Virus record (IMG/VR): IMGVR_UViG_3300042997_002652
Span: 160,001-224,000 of that record
Source: a virus
Taxonomy: Duplodnaviria > Caudoviricetes
Direction: 5' to 3' (one strand)
DNA: 64,000 bases
Part shown: piece by piece, positions 1 to 7,905 of the stretch
Position numbering within the stretch: position 1 is the first letter of the stretch
How the letters are laid out: every line of letters starts with the position of its first letter
Made by a program: the position numbers and the translations under genes
Notes under the pieces: generated by a model
The model's input: only the letters and a program-made list of their open reading frames with translations
Databases searched by the model: none
Told to the model about the DNA's origin: nothing

Positions 1-179
1 ACTTTCTCATTGAAGGTATTAGGGTCGTTCATAACTCTTATCTGGATAGGAGTTTGGCTATGTTGTTTTATAAACTTTCCTTCTTCAGTTTCAAACCATA
101 TCTTTATTGTTTTTTCGGCAATATTCGGATAGTTAAAATCGTTACTAATATCAAACGATATAACTTCTACTTTTTTCAT
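1..179 (-). CDS. Hypothetical protein, runs off the window edge (MKKVEVISFDISNDFNYPNIAEK...)
   Basis: ATG at 179 overlaps the thyA TGA (ATGA); frame is open to position 1; translated by hand. Confidence 0.7.
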   Translation of the reverse strand, partial: MKKVEVISFDISNDFNYPNIAEKTIKIWFETEEGKFIKQHSQTPIQIRVMNDPNTFNEK

Positions 180-1045
180 ACTGCCATTGGTGCTTTAATA
201 GCATCATGTGACTGATAGTTATTTAGTTTAATGTCATCCATTGTAAAATGATCAATATTTTTTATCGCAGGGTTAAGCCAAAGAGTAGGTTCAGGATATG
301 CTTCTCTTGATAATTGTTCTTTAACTTGTTCTACGTGATCTTGATAGATATGTGTATCACCAAAGCTAATAATCAGTTCTTTAGCTTTTAATCCAGTTAC
401 ATGCGCAATCATGTGCGTAAGTAACGCATAGCTTGCGATATTGAACGGGACACCTAAAAAGATGTCTGCGGACCGCTGATACATATGACAACTTAGTGTT
501 CCATCAGTGCCTACATAAAACTGAAACATAACATGACAGGGCGGCAATGCCATTTTATTTAGTTCAGCAACATTCCATGCGCTAACGATGTGTCTACGAC
601 CATATGGATCTTTTTTGATGTTTTCAATAACTTGTTTAAGTTGGTCAATAAAAACAGGTTCTGCTTGACATATACTAGTAGTGTGCGTATCCCACTGTCG
701 CCACTGTACACCATACACTCTACCCAAGTCGCCTTCAAACTTGGCTCTAGGTTTCCAGTAAGGTGACTCGGCATTACCAGTCCATATTGTTGATTTAGAA
801 GGATCGCGTGTGCCGTGTGTTATCTCGGAAAGTCTTCGTTCGTCACTTGATCCTTCTAAGAACCAAAGTAATTCAGCTACACATGCTCGCCATGCTAGCT
901 TTTTTGTAGTGATTGCAGGGAAAGTTGTTCTAAGATCAAAACGTAGCTGACGACCAAATACTGATATAGTTCCTGTGTTTGTTCTATCGCTACGTTCCTC
1001 GCCGTTTTCAAGAATGTCTTTAAGTAAATTGTGATACTGTTCCAT
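176..1045 (-). CDS. thyA: Thymidylate synthase
   Basis: Motifs ALPPCH (catalytic Cys), YQRSADIFLGVPFNIASY, DTHIY; N-terminal DRTNTGT. Confidence 0.98.
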   Translation of the reverse strand: MEQYHNLLKDILENGEERSDRTNTGTISVFGRQLRFDLRTTFPAITTKKLAWRACVAELLWFLEGSSDERRLSEITHGTRDPSKSTIWTGNAESPYWKPRAKFEGDLGRVYGVQWRQWDTHTTSICQAEPVFIDQLKQVIENIKKDPYGRRHIVSAWNVAELNKMALPPCHVMFQFYVGTDGTLSCHMYQRSADIFLGVPFNIASYALLTHMIAHVTGLKAKELIISFGDTHIYQDHVEQVKEQLSREAYPEPTLWLNPAIKNIDHFTMDDIKLNNYQSHDAIKAPMAV

Positions 1046-1499
1046 CTTTTCTTTTCCAAACCTCGTAGCTATGATCTTTGTGATGTTCTATATGAACGCG
1101 AGTATAATTGTGTTCTAAGTATACTAGATCAACAAAACAATCACAATCATAATGGTCATTTGTTAAAGACAAATAAATTTCGTCTATGTAATCCCAACTA
1201 GAGTTTACTAGACTAGCACCACCTATTAACCAAGCATTTTTAAAATGGTTGAAATGTGATAAGTCTTTTACTGCAACAGCGCCAGGTGGTAATTCTAATT
1301 GATGACTAGTAACAACAAAGTTAAGTCTATTAGTGAGAGGTTTCTTAGGTAAGCTTAACCATGTATTTCTACCCATTACTATTACTTGGTCAGTGGTAAG
1401 TTTTTTAAATCTAGGCAAGTCGCCTTCTAACATAGGCCACGGTAAAGTATTATCTTTACCGATTCCGCCCTGTGGATCACATGCTAATATTAATTTCAT
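1020..1499 (-). CDS. folA: Dihydrofolate reductase
   Basis: GIGKDNTLPW, VIVMGRNTW, PLTNRLNFV, IGGA motifs; adjacent to thyA; ATG at 1499 overlaps the upstream TGA. Confidence 0.95.
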   Translation of the reverse strand: MKLILACDPQGGIGKDNTLPWPMLEGDLPRFKKLTTDQVIVMGRNTWLSLPKKPLTNRLNFVVTSHQLELPPGAVAVKDLSHFNHFKNAWLIGGASLVNSSWDYIDEIYLSLTNDHYDCDCFVDLVYLEHNYTRVHIEHHKDHSYEVWKRKDGTVSQFT

Positions 1500-1795
1500 C
1501 AAAGACCGTTTAATAATTTATCTGTTTCTGGTTGTACTATTTCTGCAATAGTATCTACGTTTAGTACAAACTCAATACTTACAACTTGGTCATCAAGTTC
1601 TAATAACTTAGTACTAACAGTATCTTCAACATCTTCAGGTTCTAAACCCTGCTTTAGCATCTTTTCAATATTAATAGTATGCTGTTTTCTTTTTTCAAGT
1701 TTTATTACTAACTTTCTGATAAACTCTATAGGTATAGCACGTTTATCAACATCTTCTAAAATATGTGACCACTTTTTACTAAAATCAGGTGACAT
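1499..1795 (-). CDS. Hypothetical protein (98 aa)
   Basis: ORF overlaps both neighbours by 1 nt (stop/start coupling). Confidence 0.75.
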   Translation of the reverse strand: MSPDFSKKWSHILEDVDKRAIPIEFIRKLVIKLEKRKQHTINIEKMLKQGLEPEDVEDTVSTKLLELDDQVVSIEFVLNVDTIAEIVQPETDKLLNGL

Positions 1796-2505
1796 TAGGC
1801 TTCAACTTTTGGTTTCTTTACTCGTGTTTTAGCAACAACTTTAGGTTGTTCTACCGGAGCAACAGTAGTAGCTGCTTTAGTTTTTCTAGTTGTCTTTTTT
1901 TCTACTGAAACACCTAGCATCTGATTAGCTTCGCTCATCATTCTTTCAGATTCAGCTAAAAGTCCTTTAGCTTCAGTTGCCATTCTTTCAGCTTGAGTAC
2001 GCAAGTTATTTGCTATTTGGTGGTCACCTAATACATCAGTTGATTGTGAAACAACAGGTTCTTTATTGTTGCGCATTCTACGAGCAACATCAGCAGGATC
2101 TTGCAACCCAGTGCTTGAGTCAAGTTCTGCTAACCGCTTTACCGCAGCCTCACCCTGCTTCATTTCATCCAGAATTTTATTCAACTCGTTTAGCTTAATT
2201 CTAGTATTAGGAGCAGGAGTAACTATTACTTGTTCTGTATTAACTTTCTTTAATTGGCCTTCAGCGTGTAGTGCTTGAAGAATGATTTTACCATCAATAG
2301 TGTAAGTGCGATTAAGTGCATCAGCTAAGTTTTCACTGCTTTGTCCGATATCACTTTCAATACATTTCATCAATGGATCATGAATATGTCTGTTAAGCAC
2401 TTCAGGGTATGCAACCAAACACATGTGAGGTTCACCTGGTACTTCTCTAAAAATAATAGCAATCTTTCTTTCGTTATGTTTACCGATGTGTCTTAAAAAA
2501 CTCAT
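1795..2505 (-). CDS. Hypothetical protein with coiled-coil and Lys-rich C-terminus (236 aa)
   Basis: AAGGAG SD at 2513-2518; TAAATA motif at 2527-2532. Confidence 0.85.
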   Translation of the reverse strand: MSFLRHIGKHNERKIAIIFREVPGEPHMCLVAYPEVLNRHIHDPLMKCIESDIGQSSENLADALNRTYTIDGKIILQALHAEGQLKKVNTEQVIVTPAPNTRIKLNELNKILDEMKQGEAAVKRLAELDSSTGLQDPADVARRMRNNKEPVVSQSTDVLGDHQIANNLRTQAERMATEAKGLLAESERMMSEANQMLGVSVEKKTTRKTKAATTVAPVEQPKVVAKTRVKKPKVEA

Positions 2506-2526
2506 ATAGTTTCTCCTTGTATATCG

Positions 2527-2532
2527 TATTTA
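2527..2532 (-). promoter_or_regulatory. Putative late promoter core (TAAATA)
   Basis: Intergenic GTAAATA 21 nt upstream of ATG 2505; same motif recurs before other genes. Confidence 0.55.
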
Positions 2533-2563
2533 CAATAAAGAAACAGTGTGTGAAAATTTTTAC

Positions 2564-2821
2564 CTAGTTCCACATAAGTTGGAAATAGGTAGCTTCTTGA
2601 GGATTTTCAAAAGCAGGAGAATATCCAAATGCCCACGGATTAGATGCTATATTTAAATCGGTATAGTTGGGAATCTCTACTAAACAAAATCTACCAGTTA
2701 GCTTTTCAAGAATCCATTGTTTGGACTCTTGAGTAATTAAAGTATCTACTACTACAAAGTGTGCAGGTATATAATTTAATTCTCTGTTACTAAACCATGT
2801 GTAAACATTTAATTCTGTCAT
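2564..2821 (-). CDS. Hypothetical protein (85 aa)
   Basis: ORF with ATGA overlap with the upstream gene. Confidence 0.75.
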   Translation of the reverse strand: MTELNVYTWFSNRELNYIPAHFVVVDTLITQESKQWILEKLTGRFCLVEIPNYTDLNIASNPWAFGYSPAFENPQEATYFQLMWN

Positions 2822-3198
2822 TCATACAACCTAGCAATTACAGTTAACTTATCCCACAAATCTTTTGCCGCAGGTTCTTGCAACAAGTGAGGAGGAAATA
2901 TTTCAATCCAAAGTTTATCACCGCCACGGAAAAACGGATTAGTTTTAAAGTTTCTAGGCTGGTGTATTTTTCCGTTGTTCCATAACCGAATACCTAATTC
3001 TTTTGCTTCCTCATAAGTCCATTGTGAAATGTCATACTCACCGTAACGTTCGTAATGGTACTGTTTGATGATTAAAAGAAAATCATCTATAGTGTGAGAC
3101 ATAGTACCTGTTACTATCAAGAAAACTTGATCCTCGGACACTTCACCCTTGAGTATGCTGCGCAAACATCTTCCTAAACTTGTACCAATATATTTCAT
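2818..3198 (-). CDS. Hypothetical protein (126 aa)
   Basis: ORF with ATGA overlaps on both sides. Confidence 0.8.
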   Translation of the reverse strand: MKYIGTSLGRCLRSILKGEVSEDQVFLIVTGTMSHTIDDFLLIIKQYHYERYGEYDISQWTYEEAKELGIRLWNNGKIHQPRNFKTNPFFRGGDKLWIEIFPPHLLQEPAAKDLWDKLTVIARLYE

Positions 3199-3788
3199 CG
3201 TATAACAACCCTAGCTTTTTCATCAACGTAATCACTATAAGTTTTGTAACCATTTTTTCTAATCCAATCAACAACAATTTGAGGGTCAGTTTTAAATAAT
3301 TCCTTTACTCCGTCTATGTCTAATGCGGAATTAAATTCATAAATTTCATACGATCTTTGAGAGTTCATTCTGGCTCTAAGAATCATTTGATTTAATGGAA
3401 TAGGATTTGGTTTTGGACCGGCGTAGTTTTCTTCCTTTAAGATAGAAAAAATAGTTTCCTTTTCCCAGTTTTCAATTTCCTGTTTGGCGGCAGCAACATC
3501 ATAGATACATTCCAATCCTTCATTACACCACATTGCCAAAAAATGATGTGTTTTATTTTGTGAGTTCATATACCATTTCCGCTTTTTTATTAAATCATCA
3601 AGTGCTGGATTAGTTTCGGCAGCTTTTAGAATATCTTGCCAATCAGACCAACGACTAACCCACAGTGGATATTTGCTATGAACCAATGTACGCTCGGTAC
3701 TTCCTATAGTGCGGGCGTACACTGTGTGTCCCCTGTCAGGGGATTCAAATATTACCTCAGGCTGCTTGGGAGATTCTGTGGTCATCAT
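3195..3788 (-). CDS. Apparent fusion of two hypothetical genes (X: 3788 to ~3553; Y: 3569 to 3195) joined at an A6 run
   Basis: Likely start MMTTESPK at 3788; A_AAA_AAG at 3588-3582; -1 frame reads KKAEMVYELTK-stop (3553); internal ATG at 3569. Confidence 0.65.
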   Translation of the reverse strand: MMTTESPKQPEVIFESPDRGHTVYARTIGSTERTLVHSKYPLWVSRWSDWQDILKAAETNPALDDLIKKRKWYMNSQNKTHHFLAMWCNEGLECIYDVAAAKQEIENWEKETIFSILKEENYAGPKPNPIPLNQMILRARMNSQRSYEIYEFNSALDIDGVKELFKTDPQIVVDWIRKNGYKTYSDYVDEKARVVIR

Positions 3789-5070
3789 AAATCGCAAAAT
3801 TGCCAAAGGGCGGGTTCGGATTAGGATCACCGTGAATGATCCATAGTGTATCACAGTATTCAGCATCACCCCATGAACCAAAAGGATAGCCATCTGTGAA
3901 TACAATCAGTTTGTTGGGCACTCTGTTTTCTTCTTTAAGATGTTTAAAGATACAAGTAAAGTCAGTACCGCCGCCACCTTTAAGTTGGTAATCTTCAACA
4001 GTGTCCATGTTTTCAGAAGTAAATTCCTGAGTGTTATATACTTCAGTATCAAAGCATGATACATGAACACGATAGCCATCAAACATATCCATCATGCCCA
4101 TTACTTCTGACAAAAATGCCATGCCCTGCTTGTTAGAAATAGATCCGGACAAGTCAATGTAGATATCTACGTCAATTTCTTCACCGGGGTTAGTACCTGG
4201 CATAATAGCATCCATGTGCCATGATCTACGCGACGGACGCATCCAAGTGTAATCACTTTTGATAGCAGAAGTTAATGCAGTCTGAATCAGTTCTCGCCAG
4301 TTCATTACCGGGTCAGTAAGTTCTTTTACCAAACGCTCTACACCTGCAGGAAGTTCGCCGGAGCCTGCTTGTTGTGCTGCATTGAGAATAGCGTCTCTAA
4401 TATCTTTACGCATTTGTTCACGTTCGGCTTCAGACATGGTTGGACGTTTGCCTTTGCCTTCTTTATCATCACCTTCACCTTCGCCGTCACCGTCTCCATC
4501 CAAGTGATCGTCAATCATTTTGTCAATCAACTTGTCAAGGTCAAGTTTTTGAATGTTTTTCATCAGATCATCATAAATCTTTTCGCTAGACCAACCTTCA
4601 TACTTGGGTTCATACAAGCAATCTACTGTAGTGATAAACTCGCCCACTTTGTGCTTTTTGAGGTCAGCGTTTACGCAGTAGTCATTTGCAATATTGAATA
4701 GTTGAGGATCACGATTACCACGACGGCCCATGTGATCATAAACTACGTGTAGTACTTCATGTGCAACTAAAAATATAACTTCTTTAGGCTTTAGCATCAT
4801 GATAAAACGAGAGTTGTAGTAAAACTTGAAGCCGTCAGTAGCAGCAGTTGAGCACCAATCGTCAGCATTGATAAGTTGCAAGCGAGTTGCGAGATTACCA
4901 AAAAATGAATGCTTGAGCAAAAGAGACACACGAGAACTAATCAACCGATCACGAGCAAGTACATCAATTTTGGGATCAGTTGGACCTACAAGTTTTTCAA
5001 GTTTAGCTGAACGCTTTTTCTTACCCTTAGTACCGGGGAGTGTATCAGACATATAGATTGGGTAATTCAT
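3757..5070 (-). CDS. Putative HExxH metallopeptidase plus VWA domain protein (DUF2201-like)
   Basis: AHEVLH zincin motif; MIDAS-like DLSGSIS, GGGTDF, VFTDG; acidic linker; next to a MoxR AAA gene. Confidence 0.88.
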   Translation of the reverse strand: MNYPIYMSDTLPGTKGKKKRSAKLEKLVGPTDPKIDVLARDRLISSRVSLLLKHSFFGNLATRLQLINADDWCSTAATDGFKFYYNSRFIMMLKPKEVIFLVAHEVLHVVYDHMGRRGNRDPQLFNIANDYCVNADLKKHKVGEFITTVDCLYEPKYEGWSSEKIYDDLMKNIQKLDLDKLIDKMIDDHLDGDGDGEGEGDDKEGKGKRPTMSEAEREQMRKDIRDAILNAAQQAGSGELPAGVERLVKELTDPVMNWRELIQTALTSAIKSDYTWMRPSRRSWHMDAIMPGTNPGEEIDVDIYIDLSGSISNKQGMAFLSEVMGMMDMFDGYRVHVSCFDTEVYNTQEFTSENMDTVEDYQLKGGGGTDFTCIFKHLKEENRVPNKLIVFTDGYPFGSWGDAEYCDTLWIIHGDPNPNPPFGNFAIYDDHRISQAA

Positions 5071-5105
5071 AATTTATACCTGTATTTTTGATTTACGATA
5101 ATGCT

Positions 5106-5135
5106 ATTATATATTACTTTGCTTACTATTGTCAA
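5106..5135 (-). promoter_or_regulatory. Sigma70-type early promoter TTGACA-N18-TATAAT
   Basis: Perfect -35 (5135-5130) and -10 (5111-5106) upstream of the VWA gene. Confidence 0.8.
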
Positions 5136-5137
5136 GT

Positions 5138-5161
5138 AAAAAGAAGGGGAGTTTCCTCCCC
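5138..5161 (-). terminator. Intrinsic terminator after the AAA gene
   Basis: GGGGAG-GAAA-CTCCCC hairpin followed by TTCTTTTT. Confidence 0.88.
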
Positions 5162-5185
5162 TAAAGCGTACCACCACAGTAAACC

Positions 5186-6280
5186 TTAATCATCAGCGTT
5201 GATGATATACTTACCATACTTCTTGTGAAACTCGTCAAAGTTTTTCAACTGTGAGGGTTCAATTGGAAGTTTGAAAGTTTTCAAAGCAACTTTAGCACCC
5301 ATTACAACCAACTCAGTTTCAAAGTTATTCATCATGTAGTCAAAGAAATACTGAGCCATGTTGTGAAACTTTTTGCTATCAACTTTGTTTTCATGTGCTT
5401 CTTTCAGTTCGTAGCACATTGCTGTTGTCAGCGAGTACATAGCTGAGATTTCTTTTATAGCAAGATCAGTTACCTTACCATTAAGAATATCTGCCGGGTT
5501 AGGCATACGCGCAGCTACTTTGCGGTGAGCCATAAACTTAATAGCAAGACCCTCACCCACAGAACCCGCAATCAAGTGTTCTAGTGTGTCGGTGTCAGTG
5601 TCATTATCATCAAGCAACTGGCTTACAAACACCCATGAACGCGGGGTAGCAAATGCTCGTGAAGAAGACTTAGCGTTAAAGTCATACATGTCATTTTTTG
5701 CAAATGACAAGTAACCAACTACGTCTTTGTGAATGCCTTTGTTAACAGCCCAGTTCTGCCAAGCGTTAAAGTCGGGGCGCATTTCAAGGTGAATGAAACG
5801 ATTAGCAAGCGGCATGGGCATACGATAAGTAACACCTTTGTCACTGTCGCGGTTACCTGCTGCTACGATTACTACGTTATCAGGCAAACGATACTTACCT
5901 ACTCTGCGGTTAAGAATCAACTGATAACCAGCTGCCTGCACTGCGGGAGGAGCCGAGTTCATTTCGTCAAGAAAGAGTACGATCAGAGGATACTGACTAG
6001 CAAGTTCTTGATCAGGAAGATCAATTGGTTCAGCCCAATCCATCTTATTAAGGTCTTTGTTGAAGAATGGAATACCGCGAATGTCAGTAGGTTCCATTTG
6101 AGCCATACGAAGGTCAATCATCAAGCCGCCCATTTCTTCAGTAATGTCAGCTACTACTTCCGACTTACCGACGCCGGGCGGGCCCCATATAAAAACAGGG
6201 CGTTTTACTTTGAATGCTTTGAGAAGTGCTCGGCGAAGCTGTACTGAAGTTACTGTCAAGCTGTCTGTGGTGCGAGTCAT
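5186..6280 (-). CDS. MoxR/dynein-related AAA+ ATPase
   Basis: Walker A GPPGVGKS, Walker B LFLDE, sensor-1 AAGN, arginine finger LANRF, TPRSW. Confidence 0.93.
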   Translation of the reverse strand: MTRTTDSLTVTSVQLRRALLKAFKVKRPVFIWGPPGVGKSEVVADITEEMGGLMIDLRMAQMEPTDIRGIPFFNKDLNKMDWAEPIDLPDQELASQYPLIVLFLDEMNSAPPAVQAAGYQLILNRRVGKYRLPDNVVIVAAGNRDSDKGVTYRMPMPLANRFIHLEMRPDFNAWQNWAVNKGIHKDVVGYLSFAKNDMYDFNAKSSSRAFATPRSWVFVSQLLDDNDTDTDTLEHLIAGSVGEGLAIKFMAHRKVAARMPNPADILNGKVTDLAIKEISAMYSLTTAMCYELKEAHENKVDSKKFHNMAQYFFDYMMNNFETELVVMGAKVALKTFKLPIEPSQLKNFDEFHKKYGKYIINADD

Positions 6281-6329
6281 AAATGCTCCTAATTGTTATA
6301 TTACAAAATAAAGTATTGCGAGAAGTTAT

Positions 6330-6358
6330 AGTTTACGAAAGTAACTAACTAATGTCAA
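6330..6358 (-). promoter_or_regulatory. Sigma70-type promoter TTGACA-N17-TAAACT for the AAA gene
   Basis: -35 at 6358-6353, -10 at 6335-6330. Confidence 0.65.
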
Positions 6359-6398
6359 CTACTTTCGCATTATTTGGGTAATCATTTAGACGATGTTG

Positions 6399-6668
6399 TT
6401 ATACAGCTTCCAACATGTTCATGGGAACACGCCAGTTACCTTGATTAGTTTTGACAGTAGCAAACTTGATTGCTACCTTAGTCAGTGTACCAACATAAAC
6501 ACCATGCCGATCTTTAAACGAAACAGTGTCACCTACAATTAAAGACCGCTTTACTTGAGTGCGCAGTTGGGCTCTAGCATAATTGATAGCTTGAGCAAGG
6601 TCGTTAATGTCATCATTAGTCAAATTACTATTGATAATTGCACTGCGAATTTCTTTTACTGAGTTCAT
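6399..6668 (-). CDS. Hypothetical early protein with an SH3-like C-terminus
   Basis: AGGAG SD 7 nt before ATG 6668; own promoter. Confidence 0.8.
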   Translation of the reverse strand: MNSVKEIRSAIINSNLTNDDINDLAQAINYARAQLRTQVKRSLIVGDTVSFKDRHGVYVGTLTKVAIKFATVKTNQGNWRVPMNMLEAV

Positions 6669-6673
6669 TTTCA

Positions 6674-6735
6674 AGCTCCTGTTTATTTACTGTATGATGT
6701 TAGTATAGCAGATTTGGGTAAGAAGTCAAGCCTTT
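6674..6735 (-). promoter_or_regulatory. Early promoter/leader module, copy 1 (TTGACT-N16-TATACT with extended -10 TG, leader, AGGAG)
   Basis: Near-identical ~60-bp copy at 7077-7136. Confidence 0.8.
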
Positions 6736-7068
6736 TTATTCAGCTACGCGATAAATGATACCCTGATCAGTAACAGCTTTTACAATACTGTCTTGGGCCC
6801 AATTAGATTCCCATTCTTTGATCAGCTTGCGATCACGGGGTCGCGCATTGTGTACTTTTACGCGGGCCCACTTTTTGCAGTAAGTGATTGTAACTTCATC
6901 ACTTGCATAGATCATTTCAAGTACAAGCTTCATACGCTCAGCTTTAAGCTTGAGTTGATTAGAAAAACGTGAAGCATTGACGGCGCTTTTGAAAGCAGCA
7001 TCACGAGCAGCAAAGAAAGCATAACGACCTGCGCTTTTGTGTTCAGTTTCAAGCATTTGAATTGACAT
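6736..7068 (-). CDS. Hypothetical early protein (110 aa)
   Basis: AGGAG SD and own promoter. Confidence 0.8.
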   Translation of the reverse strand: MSIQMLETEHKSAGRYAFFAARDAAFKSAVNASRFSNQLKLKAERMKLVLEMIYASDEVTITYCKKWARVKVHNARPRDRKLIKEWESNWAQDSIVKAVTDQGIIYRVAE

Positions 7069-7076
7069 ATTACTTT

Positions 7077-7136
7077 AGCTCCTGTTTGTTGACTGTATGA
7101 TTAGTATAGCACAATTGGGCAGAATGTCAAGCCTTT
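7077..7136 (-). promoter_or_regulatory. Early promoter/leader module, copy 2 (TTGACA-N16-TATACT with extended -10 TG, leader, AGGAG)
   Basis: Direct repeat of 6674-6735. Confidence 0.8.
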
Positions 7137-7165
7137 GGGTAGAAATAGTTTAAAATATTTTCTTT

Positions 7166-7202
7166 AATAAAATCAATAGGTTACTAAGTTGTTGATTTTA
7201 TT
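7166..7202. promoter_or_regulatory. Inverted pair of IHF consensus sites
   Basis: AATCAATAGGTTA (7171-7183, +) and AATCAACAACTTA (7197-7185, -) both match WATCAANNNNTTR; 1 nt apart. Confidence 0.7.
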
Positions 7203-7455
7203 GACAAAGTATAGCTAATAAGAGCATTTTGTCAGCATAATCAATAGCTTTGGCTAGCTCTTCCTTAGGTCTTTGAGCAATACCGGGAGATCGGTTGGTT
7301 CTAGCAACTACTTCAGCTTTGGATAATTCGGTTACTAAGTGATCTAGGTTCTTGATCATCTTTTTTAAGTCTGGGTTGTAGTTTAGCTCTTTCAGTCGTT
7401 TGGAAAGAGCATCTACAAGTTTTTGTGCTTCTACTGCGGTTGTAAATTCAGTCAT
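7198..7455 (-). CDS. Hypothetical helical protein (85 aa)
   Basis: ORF overlaps the upstream kinase gene by 8 nt. Confidence 0.75.
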   Translation of the reverse strand: MTEFTTAVEAQKLVDALSKRLKELNYNPDLKKMIKNLDHLVTELSKAEVVARTNRSPGIAQRPKEELAKAIDYADKMLLLAILCQ

Positions 7456-7903
7456 TAGTATTCAAGCGCCTAATAATTTCTTCAGCCCAGTCTTTGGCGT
7501 GTAGTGTGTTCCACCATTCATACTCGGGTATGATAGCATTATATTCTGTGTTGTCAAGCCTTTCAAATACTTGATTAGTATCTTCAAATCTTCCTTCATC
7601 AATCGTGTCCATCCAAACTATAAAGTCAGCATTAAAATCTGTGCGTAACTGTTTAGTTGGACACACAAAGTCACAAATTACATAAGATCCATTTCTTTTG
7701 GCTTTGTCAGCTAATAGCTTCATCCTATTCATTTGTCTGTGTCTACCAATTGGGGTAAAGTCCCAATCGTTAAACTGTTCTCTTACTTGATCAGCGTTAA
7801 ACCATTCAACTTGATACTGTTTATCTTCTAATGCTTTCTTTAGAGCAGCAGCCAAAAATGTTTTTCCTGATCCCGGGAGTCCCATAATCAATATAGTTTT
7901 CAT
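7448..7903 (-). CDS. Adenylylsulfate-kinase (CysC)-like P-loop kinase
   Basis: GLPGSGKT P-loop, NADQVR, DFVCP, FE motifs typical of the APS-kinase family; substrate not established. Confidence 0.78.
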   Translation of the reverse strand: MKTILIMGLPGSGKTFLAAALKKALEDKQYQVEWFNADQVREQFNDWDFTPIGRHRQMNRMKLLADKAKRNGSYVICDFVCPTKQLRTDFNADFIVWMDTIDEGRFEDTNQVFERLDNTEYNAIIPEYEWWNTLHAKDWAEEIIRRLNTND

Positions 7904-7905
7904 GT

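Noticed and set aside
176-1045. Intron/intein in thyA, or a modified-base synthase
   Set aside because: ORF is continuous and of normal length, and the dUMP-specifying PFN Asn is retained
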